Source of the DNA: a virus
Lineage: Duplodnaviria > Caudoviricetes
Direction: 5' to 3' (one strand)
IMG/VR virus record: IMGVR_UViG_3300031520_000196
Span: 1-38,973 of that record
Length of the DNA: 38,973 nucleotides
Below, piece by piece: positions 1-8,708 of the stretch; position 1 is the first letter of the stretch; each line of letters opens with the position of its first letter. The translations under genes and the position numbers were made by a program. The notes beneath the pieces are model-generated. The model was not told the DNA's origin. It was given only the letters and a program-made list of their open reading frames with translations, and made no database searches.

Positions 1-735
1 TTATCTCTTGAGAAGAGAGAAACCACGATTGCCGTTTAGTGGAGCTGCCAGTGGGTCATACTCTTTTTTCGCTTGTGCAACCTCGCAGGATACCTCCTGC
101 ACTTTTGCTATAGGCGCAGGCTGCTTCTTGCGCCTGGCAAGGTAGGCGTCAACCGCCTTGCCGTGCTTGCACATCTTGTCGTCTGCCTCGTCACAAGTGC
201 AGCCGACTGTAAACTCCTTGTGGATCAACGGCAGACGATGGCCGTCTACCATGCAGGCAACAATCTTGCCGCCAGTGACAATCTCCTCGATCCTGAATTT
301 CTCGTCGGTGGCCTGCGCGTCCTGGCTCTTAGCCGGTGCCTGACGAGCTGCCTTGATCGGTCCATCAATGATGATCTGCTCCGCTTTGATGTGAATAGGC
401 TGTCGTACCTGGGTGAGCTGCGCGACCTGTGCGCGTAGCTCGTCGAGCTGCTCTTGCATGGTGGCAATTAATCCGCGTACCTCTGCCTCTTGTGCAATGC
501 GCGTCATCTCGGCCTGAATGCGTGCATCCTGCAAGCGTTGCACCTCAATCAAGACAGCGCGAACATGCTTGCACTCGTAGCTGCTCTCCGCGGAATGCTT
601 GCGAAAATCAGGACAAGAGCATATCCATCTGTCGGCGATCCTGCGGATGATGTAGGTGATGTCGGGGTTGGTGTCGCTGGCGATCTTGAAGTAGCGACGG
701 AGCTCTGGCTGGTGGATAGCAATTTTGTTGCTCAT
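1..735 (-). CDS. Protein with two SWIM-type zinc fingers and a central coiled coil
   Basis: CSCPDF...CKH and CTCD...CKH motifs; start taken at MSNKIA (ATG 735) after GAAAGGA; TAA at 1-3. Confidence 0.8.
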   Translation of the reverse strand: MSNKIAIHQPELRRYFKIASDTNPDITYIIRRIADRWICSCPDFRKHSAESSYECKHVRAVLIEVQRLQDARIQAEMTRIAQEAEVRGLIATMQEQLDELRAQVAQLTQVRQPIHIKAEQIIIDGPIKAARQAPAKSQDAQATDEKFRIEEIVTGGKIVACMVDGHRLPLIHKEFTVGCTCDEADDKMCKHGKAVDAYLARRKKQPAPIAKVQEVSCEVAQAKKEYDPLAAPLNGNRGFSLLKR

Positions 736-778
736 GATGTATAATCCTTTCGGTTGAAACTGCTCTATAGAGTTGTTG

Positions 779-817
779 AGGTCGCTCACATCTGCGAAAT
801 GTGAGCGACCTTTTTTT
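779..817 (+). terminator. 13 bp hairpin followed by T7 (intrinsic terminator-like on + strand)
   Basis: AGGTCGCTCACAT-ctgcgaa-ATGTGAGCGACCT with T run 811-817; polarity is antisense to the flanking genes. Confidence 0.6.
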
Positions 818-1022
818 AGAGACCGAGATAGCGGCGATAAACGTGCGCGATGATTTTGGCTTTGTCCTCCTCGACGCCTTCTGCATTGTAGTATTTGATA
901 TCGGTATCCTCGATATGCTCCTCGTCGAGAAGAGCGTTCTCGACGCGAACAGCCTGTGAAACGCCTGCGACGTGTGCCTCGGCGACGACATCGCCTTGAG
1001 AATATGCTTTGATGTGGTACAT
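816..1022 (-). CDS. Small acidic hypothetical protein (68 aa)
   Basis: Strong RBS GAAAGGAG before ATG 1022 (MYHIKAY...). Confidence 0.75.
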   Translation of the reverse strand: MYHIKAYSQGDVVAEAHVAGVSQAVRVENALLDEEHIEDTDIKYYNAEGVEEDKAKIIAHVYRRYLGL

Positions 1023-1149
1023 GACTGGTCTCCTTTCGTGCCGCGTGCGAACTGTCCGCACGCGGGAAGGGCAGTTGTATTTGCTCTTCTATATATTAAG
1101 ACGTAACAGTACGTTAAAAGTAACATCGAATATCCTGATAAATCGGCTT

Positions 1150-2160
1150 GTGGAGCAGGTTCACGAGATCAAAATCAAGCGACCTATGCGACTTTAATGA
1201 GCCGGTACGCCTCAAGCCCAAGCCCGACCCCCACGCATTTCGAGCCAAAATAAAAAATGCACGTACTACGTCTCCTGCACTTGACTTTTTGAGAAGCTCT
1301 TCTCTTCCACTAGCACGCAAACACCAACAAAAAAAAGAAAAAAACACAGCAACACACAAACGAGAAACACGGCGATCACGGCGGAAAGCGGACAACCAAC
1401 GAAGAGCTGGCAACGAGCAACACCAGGGCAACCAACGAGAGCTGGGCGAGACGACGGACCAGGGCACGAGGCAGCGGATCGTCGTTTGCGCTTCCCGCTC
1501 GGCGTGAGCGCAACAAAGTGCTGCTGTGCGGCGGAGGGTTGGCGCGAGGCAAAAGTTGGCGATAACAAATGGAGTGGAGCAAGTCGGCGTAGCGTACCCT
1601 TGACTTGCGTAGGTACGCTTGGAGCAGAGAAGCAAGCCTCTTCATGTGCTGCATTAGCGTATGGATGGGAGGCTTGCTTCGGCGCGGAATGCATACCGAA
1701 GCATGTCAAGGGCGACGCAGCGGAACGGCCAAGGAATTGAACCAGCGCCACCGCGACACCGTGTCCTGTTGTGCATTTTGCTCTCGTGAAGGCACGAGCG
1801 AGCGGGGCACCCCCAAACCCGAAGCGCAGCCACCCAGCGACTGACCACGAAAACCTTCCCCAAAAGCCCAAAAACGTCCTGATTGAAAATACAGTTTATG
1901 TGGCCTGTCTACTTTGCAGTTGTCGTTTAGGCTGATTTGGTTTATGAGATATGTTGCAGTTTACAAACCCTTTCCCGTCGAGGGAACCAAAAACGGTTTT
2001 GTAGGCTTCTCAGGCGGAATTGAACCCTAAGAGCGAGCGGGGCGCAGGCGGGGCGATACAGGAGCGGGTTGAACTCACCTCGGTTCCCACGCCAAGAGCG
2101 AGCGGCCTTGCCTGCGGCGGTCCCCAACATGCAACCGGGGGTTTTCCCAAAAAAAATTGC
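1150..2160. other. Structured, compositionally skewed non-coding region
   Basis: No credible ORF; nested inverted repeats 1591-1712; T-poor tract 1312-1478; GAGCGAGCGG at 1796, 2031, 2096. Confidence 0.65.
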
Positions 2161-2183
2161 GGTGCCTCTATTATACTGTATAT

Positions 2184-3221
2184 ATGCAAGAGCACATTCG
2201 CTTCTATTGCGGTCTCACACATAAATACTGGAATTACCACCTGTGCGATCCGGGACCATACGCCTGCATCTCGCCCATCGTGGGACGCGGGAAGATTGGC
2301 TTTGGCATCAACAGCGTCTATGTGCCGCCTGGCACACGTGTGCTCCAGGACTCCGGTGCCTATGGAGAGCCAATGAGTACTGGCGTCCGTCTCTCATTTG
2401 CCGAGGCATTCAAGCGTCAGGAGCGACATGCCGACAAATATACCTATGCCGACAAACTTGCGTATCGTGCCTCGTATGATCTGCTCGTCGATCATCGCCT
2501 GGCCGAGAGCGCTGGCAAATCATCCAGGCGCAAGATACTGCGATGCTCTGAGTCTGACGGCGTAGAAGCGGTTGATGTGAGCGTGCAGGCGGCGCGTTTC
2601 TTAGACAAGCATAGAAACGGCTATGCTCTCGCGCTCAACGTGTAGGGCGTGACGCCTGCGCAATATCTGCGCTGTGTCGAGCGGGTGGTGCCACTGCTCA
2701 GAGATGGTGACATTCTCGGCTTAGGAGGATGGTGCGTGCTTGGACGTTTACCAAGCATGCTGTCAGACTTTCTTGAGACGCTGGCCCTCGTCATACCATT
2801 TCTTGCGCGTGAAAGCGTCCCACGCGTCCATCTGTATGGCTGCCTCTACACGCCTGCTGTGGCTGCACTCCTGGCGATCTGTGATGCACATGGCATTTCG
2901 GCATCGCTGGATAGTTCGTTTCCTTCGTTCGGGCCGCGTGTTGGCTGCTGGGGCTATGGCTCGTGGCGCAACACGTCCTACGCTCGTCCAAAGGTGCTGC
3001 TCAGTTGCTATAATGATACCTGTGAGCCTGGTACGACGCGCTGTATAGGACTAGAGTGCATTCGTCATGTGCATCTGACCCGTGCATGGCTCTCGTGCTT
3101 CCGAGATCGAGAGTATGGTCTGTACAGGAAGTATGGAGCAAACATTGGCCAGTATGCTCTCGGCCAGATACTTGACCTTGACCTGGATGATGTGATGAAT
3201 GGAGGCTTCCTTTCCGACTGA
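2184..3221 (+). pseudogene. tRNA-guanine transglycosylase/DpdA-like protein split by an in-frame TAG (2643-2645)
   Basis: Motifs DSGAY, NV*G (expected VQG; CAG>TAG), GLGG, HLYG, LDSS in one frame; TATACT at 2172-2177 lies 6 nt before the ATG (leaderless). Confidence 0.7.
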
Positions 3222-3264
3222 CTGAGGCGAATCCTAGACGCGAATGCGTCGTTGTCAGTCGGAA
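3212..3264 (+). repeat. Three-way-junction motif copy 1
   Basis: TTCCGACTGAC-TGA-GGcgaatCC-TA-GACGCgaatGCGTC-GTT-GTCAGTCGGAA. Confidence 0.85.
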
Positions 3265-3283
3265 TACAAAGTAGGAGAAGAAG

Positions 3284-3777
3284 ATGAGTGTTGGTGATGC
3301 GCGTGTGAGGAAGAGTCAGGAACCTGAAAAGGAGCCTGAACCGCCGCCAAAGGTGAAGACGCCGTGTGAGCATGCGCTTGATTTTATTCAGTCGCTGGCT
3401 AAGAGTGGTGCCAGGAGAGTTGGCATTGTCGGCTCTCGTGAATTCAGCGACATGCAGGCAGTCATAGATTTCGTCAATAAGCTGCCAGCAGGCTCTACCG
3501 TTGTGTCAGGGCGTGGTCGTGGCGTTGACAAGGTGGCCGAGGATATCGCGAAGGCTCGTGGCCTGAAGACCGATATCTACCCGGCTGACTGGAACAAGTA
3601 CGGCAGATCAGCCGGTCTTCGTCGCAACCCCTCATCGTTGGCAATTCTGATGTCGTTGTTGCGTTTCACGATGTTCATAGTACTGGAGGTAGTACTGGGA
3701 CCGCGAATTCTATGTCTATTGCGCGTGATACGGGGAAGCCGTTGTACGTTGTTCCACCGGGCTCTTGCGGTCATTGA
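3284..3777 (+). pseudogene. SLOG family (YspA/DUF2493-like) protein, frameshifted in the C run near 3628-3631
   Basis: VGSREF, VSGRGRGVD, PADWNKYGRSAGLRRN; the family-like C-terminus IVGNSDVVVAF...GTANSMSIARDTGKP continues in another frame to TGA 3775-3777. Confidence 0.8.
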
Positions 3778-3847
3778 TCTATACTAAAAACGCAAGCCCT
3801 CTGAAGAATCCTGGCAATCAAAAAGGCGACACCCACTTGTCCTCCTC

Positions 3848-3894
3848 TCCGAACGCCTGACCGAAGGGAGAACGTGAGTTCGTTGGCGTTCGGA
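3848..3894 (+). repeat. Three-way-junction motif copy 2, inside a larger stem (3823-3920)
   Basis: TCCGAACGCC-TGA-CCgaaGG-GA-GAACgtgaGTTC-GTT-GGCGTTCGGA; outer stem AAGGCGACAC/GTGTCGCCTT. Confidence 0.85.
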
Positions 3895-3927
3895 ATAAGG
3901 ATTTAGAGTGGTGTCGCCTTCTTTCCG

Positions 3928-3936
3928 TGATATACT
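3928..3936 (+). promoter_or_regulatory. Extended -10 promoter pointing antisense into the small toxin-like gene
   Basis: TGaTATACT; no plus-strand ORF follows. Confidence 0.5.
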
Positions 3937-4024
3937 GCGCACTCATCACGGTACTTTGCTTTAACTAGTTTATGGTGTCAGTATACAAGCTGTGTCAATT
4001 GAACGCGCTTACTCCTCCTTTTCC

Positions 4025-4147
4025 CTATGGGTCATCTACATGATCGCCCTTCTTGCCGCCCTTTGAACGCTCACGCCAAAGAATGATAGCCTGCACAACG
4101 AACGTTCCTGCAGCAATCACGAGGCTCATTTTTTCAAACAGTGTCAT
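4025..4147 (-). CDS. 40 aa single-TM peptide, holin-like/type I toxin candidate
   Basis: MTLFEKMSLVIAAGTFVVQAIILWRERSKGGKK...: hydrophobic helix plus charged tail, typical of type I toxins. Confidence 0.6.
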   Translation of the reverse strand: MTLFEKMSLVIAAGTFVVQAIILWRERSKGGKKGDHVDDP

Positions 4148-4381
4148 AGTACCCTTAGTGTCGGGGTAAGACAGACGTACCAAATCTATGCAATATCTTT
4201 CCTCAAGTTGCATGTAGAACCATAGCCTGCGCAAGCATGCGTATGGTATGGTATGAGTAGCATCTGTTCCCCGCGATGTGTGAGGCGGCATTGGTGCGAT
4301 GAGCGGCTCCTACACCTCCTTGTCGCACTTCAGCCGCTTGCGTAAGAATCTCTTACCCTTTAAGCATGCCTACTTTTTGTT

Positions 4382-4669
4382 TCAAATAAGGTCATTTTCT
4401 CTCTGATATTGAGGGATATAGCATATGTGTTTACTGAGAGAGCTTCGCCAAGTGCGATAGACATAGAGCATCCGTAAGACACACGTAGCCAAAATCTGTG
4501 ATGTCTTCTCCCAAAAACAAGACGACCCATACAGCAATGTATGAATCGTCTTACGTGCCGCCCACTCCACACTGTCGGCACAATGGCTGTGAAACTTCTT
4601 ATTATCGATAACACCTATCAAACGATAATAAGACTTCCCCATTGCGTGCTTATTATCGCCTGTGAACAT
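4382..4669 (-). CDS. Hypothetical protein (AT-rich, doubtful)
   Basis: ORF directly downstream of and co-oriented with 4679..5008; no motif. Confidence 0.35.
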   Translation of the reverse strand: MFTGDNKHAMGKSYYRLIGVIDNKKFHSHCADSVEWAARKTIHTLLYGSSCFWEKTSQILATCVLRMLYVYRTWRSSLSKHICYIPQYQRENDLI

Positions 4670-4678
4670 TACGCTTGC

Positions 4679-5008
4679 TTATGTCTCTCGTGAGATGGCT
4701 GCGTTGGCCCACATGACCGCTTCCTCAAGATGCGTCAGTGCAAGACTCTGCTCCCTGGAAGCTGGCGACATATGCGCAATCTCAGTGGCGAACTCCTTCG
4801 CCTTGTTGCGCATGGTCTCGTAGCGTGTCTGCTGACCGTCTTTGGGAGGATGATACGTAAAGTTGTGTTCGATGCGCTCAAGCTGCTGCTGCAGCGTGTG
4901 CTGCTCGCTGCTCATCAGCTTTGCCTCGTGTGTGCCGTGCTGTTGTTGTTCTGCGTGATGAGACTTGACTGCCTCGTGATGTGACTTGGTGATAACTGGT
5001 TCGCTCAT
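4679..5008 (-). CDS. Acb2/Tad1-like helical hairpin protein (candidate nucleotide-signal sponge)
   Basis: NFTYHPP...SREQSLALTHLEEAVMWANAAISR resembles the family C-terminal helix; RBS GGAGG; His/Gln-rich N-terminal extension. Confidence 0.65.
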   Translation of the reverse strand: MSEPVITKSHHEAVKSHHAEQQQHGTHEAKLMSSEQHTLQQQLERIEHNFTYHPPKDGQQTRYETMRNKAKEFATEIAHMSPASREQSLALTHLEEAVMWANAAISRET

Positions 5009-5151
5009 AGCTGTTTCCTCCTATGTAACGCTTTGTTACACTTTTTTCAACAAAAGGGGAGGCGTCGGTATGCATGTTCTACATGCGTACCGACACCCTG
5101 GAGTGTACCATCCCATCTCTCGGAGTTCTCAAATACATTATACTGATAGCT

Positions 5152-6627
5152 TCAATAACGACTTTCACCACTATACAAGCGTCTCGGCTTCACTACCTTT
5201 GCCTCTTGCACCTGCGTAAGTATCTCGCGTATCGCTTCAGTGCAGAGTGCGATACTCAACAAGAAGTCGTCGTGTCCTTCGTTCGCGTCAACCCTCATTG
5301 CGATCATCCCCTCGGATGGAATGCTGTATCTTGCCAATTTGAGTTGTTTCCAGCACTCGTTATATATCTCGGCTGGCGCCTTATCTTGCTCATATATCTT
5401 GAGTCTGCCGCTGTTCACCATGGCTAATAACTGGAAGGTCAGTGCGCTCTTACTTGGTCGTGAGAAGTTGAACCCGATAACCCGTTCATCACCAAATTTG
5501 TCAACAAGTAATGATGCTATACCCGCTCCAAGCCCTGTTTTGTCGATGACGATCTTGCGAATATTCCACTGCTGCATGAGCTCGATGGTGGTGGCGTACT
5601 GGTCGCTGTACTTCATCCCTGTAAACCAATAGTTATGCACAACCTCGATCTTGGGCAAGTCGAGTTCGTTGTATGACACGCGCCCTATGGTGATGATGGT
5701 CGAGTCGCGCTTTGCGTTCGCTTTCTCTTCTTGCCCAGGGGTAGGTCTCTCCTCGCCCCCAACGTCCATTCCTGCGATGTAAAACTCGTCTTCAACAGGA
5801 GCATCAAGCCAACTATGCACACCTTTAAGCAAATGACGCTGAATCTCGTTAAATAACAGACCTGCGCCACTGATGGGCAATAAGCGAAACTGTGTCCTGA
5901 TCGAGATACTGTCTTCGCCAAGACGCCGTATCTCGCCTTCAACAAACTTTTTGTACTTCGGATTGATGGCAGCAAGTGTACGCCAATCGAACTCGAAGTG
6001 CCGACGGATACCATCTTGCTCCTCGAGTTCCTTATTGTGCTCTATTTGCCTGGCAAGAAGCGTGTCGCTGCTCCAGGCCGTCCCCCATAAAATAGTGGTC
6101 GCATTCGTAGTCGATGCCATTGGCCTCAGTTCCACATCGAATTTTGATTGTGCGACATCCTGCGCCTCGTCAATCTCAAGCAAGAGTGAAGCGGTTGCGC
6201 CGACAATGGAGGAGTCGGGGCCCGCCGAAAAGAAAAATATTTTCGTTCCTGCTTGCACGTCCCTGAGTTCAGGGGAGGGTGCAAGGCCGATGATATAGCC
6301 CATGCTTTTCCAAAATCGGTCTCGCAAGAGTGGAGCTTCCATCATCTTCAATAATCTTATTCGACTGTTGTTGACCTGTGGAACCCATGTAGGAGCGCAT
6401 TTTACAAGAGAACCTTGCTCGTAAGCAAACAGGATGTAACTTTCGATAAAAGCCGATGTCTCGTTTTTCCCCATCTGACGTGCAAGCATACAGGTAAATG
6501 TATACCCGTGCCCATTGATAACACTATCCAGCACTGCATCAGCAATAGTTTCTTGATAGTCATAGATGGTGCGACCTAAAATGGTTTCCACAAACCATCG
6601 TATACGCTTTGGTGGTGGTGCAGTCAT
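5152..6627 (-). CDS. terL: Terminase large subunit
   Basis: YDYQ Q-motif, Walker A-like ARQMGKNE, Walker B LLEIDEAQD, GTA coupling motif, RNase H-like GMDVGG, IDKTGLG and HDD. Confidence 0.88.
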   Translation of the reverse strand: MTAPPPKRIRWFVETILGRTIYDYQETIADAVLDSVINGHGYTFTCMLARQMGKNETSAFIESYILFAYEQGSLVKCAPTWVPQVNNSRIRLLKMMEAPLLRDRFWKSMGYIIGLAPSPELRDVQAGTKIFFFSAGPDSSIVGATASLLLEIDEAQDVAQSKFDVELRPMASTTNATTILWGTAWSSDTLLARQIEHNKELEEQDGIRRHFEFDWRTLAAINPKYKKFVEGEIRRLGEDSISIRTQFRLLPISGAGLLFNEIQRHLLKGVHSWLDAPVEDEFYIAGMDVGGEERPTPGQEEKANAKRDSTIITIGRVSYNELDLPKIEVVHNYWFTGMKYSDQYATTIELMQQWNIRKIVIDKTGLGAGIASLLVDKFGDERVIGFNFSRPSKSALTFQLLAMVNSGRLKIYEQDKAPAEIYNECWKQLKLARYSIPSEGMIAMRVDANEGHDDFLLSIALCTEAIREILTQVQEAKVVKPRRLYSGESRY

Positions 6628-6643
6628 ACTATGTCAGGACTTT

Positions 6644-7084
6644 CTAAGCCTCAACCAGCTCTATATGCACCTCATAGCTGCAGGCGATACTGCCCCCTGT
6701 CGCAAGAGATATTATTTGAGAGTGGATATCGATCACACGCTCTAAGTAACCGTCGAAATGGGTCGCAACCGTCGTTGAGTTGTCGATTGGCACGAACAAG
6801 ATCGTGTTACCAACTGAATTGAGGTAGCTTGTCCTGAGCGCATCACGATACTGCTGGCCTGTCATACCTGTGGGAGTTCCGTCATATTTCACAAGCTCAT
6901 TCACACAGAGTATGACCATCGACCATACACGCTTGCCTGGTCCGAGATCGACATACGACTCGCCGCCATCGGCGCGAATGGTGGCCTTGCGGACTCGCGG
7001 CTGCTTGAGCATGTAACTATTTGGTTGGATGAAGTACCCTGAACCGTCGATCAGTACCTCGCAATCAACACCTAATTGGGGCAT
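6644..7084 (-). CDS. Hypothetical virion protein (beta-rich, distal-tail-like size)
   Basis: 146 aa in the morphogenesis operon; RBS GGAGGTGA. Confidence 0.6.
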   Translation of the reverse strand: MPQLGVDCEVLIDGSGYFIQPNSYMLKQPRVRKATIRADGGESYVDLGPGKRVWSMVILCVNELVKYDGTPTGMTGQQYRDALRTSYLNSVGNTILFVPIDNSTTVATHFDGYLERVIDIHSQIISLATGGSIACSYEVHIELVEA

Positions 7085-7088
7085 ACGC

Positions 7089-7514
7089 TCACCTCCAGAA
7101 GTGGCTGATGATAAAGATCGCTAGAGTAAGTGCCCAACCGCTGGTTGATACGACTAGCATCAGGCGGTTGGCGCGTCCGGTGGTGAGATGCTGATCCATC
7201 TTCTCCATGATTCGGTGTTCCAGGTCGATGATATTCTGGCGCATGGTCTTGGTCTCCTCGCCGACCTGCTTTTGCACCTGGGTAAAGCTCTCGTTGGCCC
7301 ACTGCATGCCTGCGCGGTTGAGTTCGTCCATCCTGGCGGTCTGAGCCTGTAGGCGTGTCTCGTTGGCGTCGATGCGCCGCTCAGCCGTTTCCATGCGCTT
7401 CTCAAACTCCGTGCGTATCGCATAGGTTGCTGGCATGGTAGAGATGAGTGCGTCTAGCTTATCGGTCAGGCGCACGATGGATTGTTGGATGCTGGTGAGG
7501 TCGGATGCTGGCAT
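7089..7514 (-). CDS. Coiled-coil protein with C-terminal transmembrane helix
   Basis: Heptad-like helix followed by LMLVVSTSGWALTLAIFIISHFW. Confidence 0.7.
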   Translation of the reverse strand: MPASDLTSIQQSIVRLTDKLDALISTMPATYAIRTEFEKRMETAERRIDANETRLQAQTARMDELNRAGMQWANESFTQVQKQVGEETKTMRQNIIDLEHRIMEKMDQHLTTGRANRLMLVVSTSGWALTLAIFIISHFWR

Positions 7515-7538
7515 GGTGGTTTTCCTTTTTACCCCTTT

Positions 7539-8708
7539 TTATAATCGATGCTGCCTGATACCTACGTCTCCCCAATGGACTCTTGCTGATGATGCGAAAT
7601 CACGTTGCTGCTTGATCTCCACCAATCTCGCTTCAAACTGTGCAAGCTTCGCGGCGGTGGCTGCTGCCCATGATCTCGGAATCTTCGTGTCGTCCACGCG
7701 ATCTCTGAGGCCGCCGTCCTGGAAGTCAAAGTTGTCGTTGGTCGGAATGCTGTATGCATCCATGCAGTAGCCAACTGCACCAAGCGCGATGATATCTCTG
7801 TGTATCTCTGGTATGGTGCTGCCATTTGCATCAAGCTGGTGTTTGGTGGCGTAGAACACTCTCATGCAGAGCGAATTATCTTTGGGCAGTTCGGCGCTGC
7901 TCAACTGCAGCGTGAATGATGGCTCAACGGTTCCTGTTGGCCCAGCGCTCGGCCCAATGGCTCCATTGATACCCATGTTGCCCCCTGCCGCGATTGCCGC
8001 CGTGCTGTCAAACAGATTGCTATACTCGTTGAAGCTGCGTTCAATCGGCGGCCAGAACATCACACCACTTGTGTTTACGGTTGGTGGTGGAGGCATACCG
8101 ATGAGCACACTATCTGGCGCTGTATCCACATAGGTCGTGGTGACGTTATCAGGGATGGTGTAGAGGTAGAGGAGTTGTGTACTCCCAACTGGAGTACGAT
8201 AGACGTTCCTGCCGATAACCGTGTTGGTGGCGATGCCTGGAATGCTCGGCTGCCCGTTGGCAACAGGAATAGCTGTAAGCGCGACCTTCTGATTACCTGC
8301 CGTCGTGGTGACGCTGCTCACTGGCGATGGTGTGGTCTCTCCACCTTGCGACAAGAAGGATACAGCGTACTGATACTGACCTATGCCCAAACCTGCACCC
8401 GCCTGCGCTGCTCCTGTTGGACCAAACCCCGGTGGGGTAAACTGACTCCCATACACCTGCAGGGGATAGAGTATGCGCTCGATCCATAGGACATTGTATT
8501 TGCTGTTGTAGCTGTTGGGGTAAGGGTACGTCCTTTGGAATGGTTGCATCTGCATATCTGCTTGCGCGATGTTAGGATAATATGCGCTGTAACGATCTAC
8601 AGCGCGGTCTATAGCGCGGTCGATATCAGAGTTAGCCCAGCGCTGGTTCGCGCCTGGGGGATCAAACAGGTCTGTTCTGACCGCCGATTCTAAATCACTG
8701 AGTATCAT
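7539..8708 (-). CDS. Probable head-tail adaptor/neck protein with inserted beta-sandwich domain
   Basis: N-terminal helices (LSDLESAVRTDLFD...WANSDIDRAIDRAV) and C-terminal IPEIHRDIIALGA are adaptor-like; the middle part (YQYAVSF..GETTPS..RNVYRT..TTYVDT) is FnIII-like; ATG 8708 overlaps the upstream stop. Confidence 0.55.
   Translation of the reverse strand: MILSDLESAVRTDLFDPPGANQRWANSDIDRAIDRAVDRYSAYYPNIAQADMQMQPFQRTYPYPNSYNSKYNVLWIERILYPLQVYGSQFTPPGFGPTGAAQAGAGLGIGQYQYAVSFLSQGGETTPSPVSSVTTTAGNQKVALTAIPVANGQPSIPGIATNTVIGRNVYRTPVGSTQLLYLYTIPDNVTTTYVDTAPDSVLIGMPPPPTVNTSGVMFWPPIERSFNEYSNLFDSTAAIAAGGNMGINGAIGPSAGPTGTVEPSFTLQLSSAELPKDNSLCMRVFYATKHQLDANGSTIPEIHRDIIALGAVGYCMDAYSIPTNDNFDFQDGGLRDRVDDTKIPRSWAAATAAKLAQFEARLVEIKQQRDFASSARVHWGDVGIRQHRL

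Noticed and set aside
1114-1871. Several overlapping 90-200 aa ORFs
   Set aside because: Low-complexity products of the skewed, structured region; no RBS or motifs.
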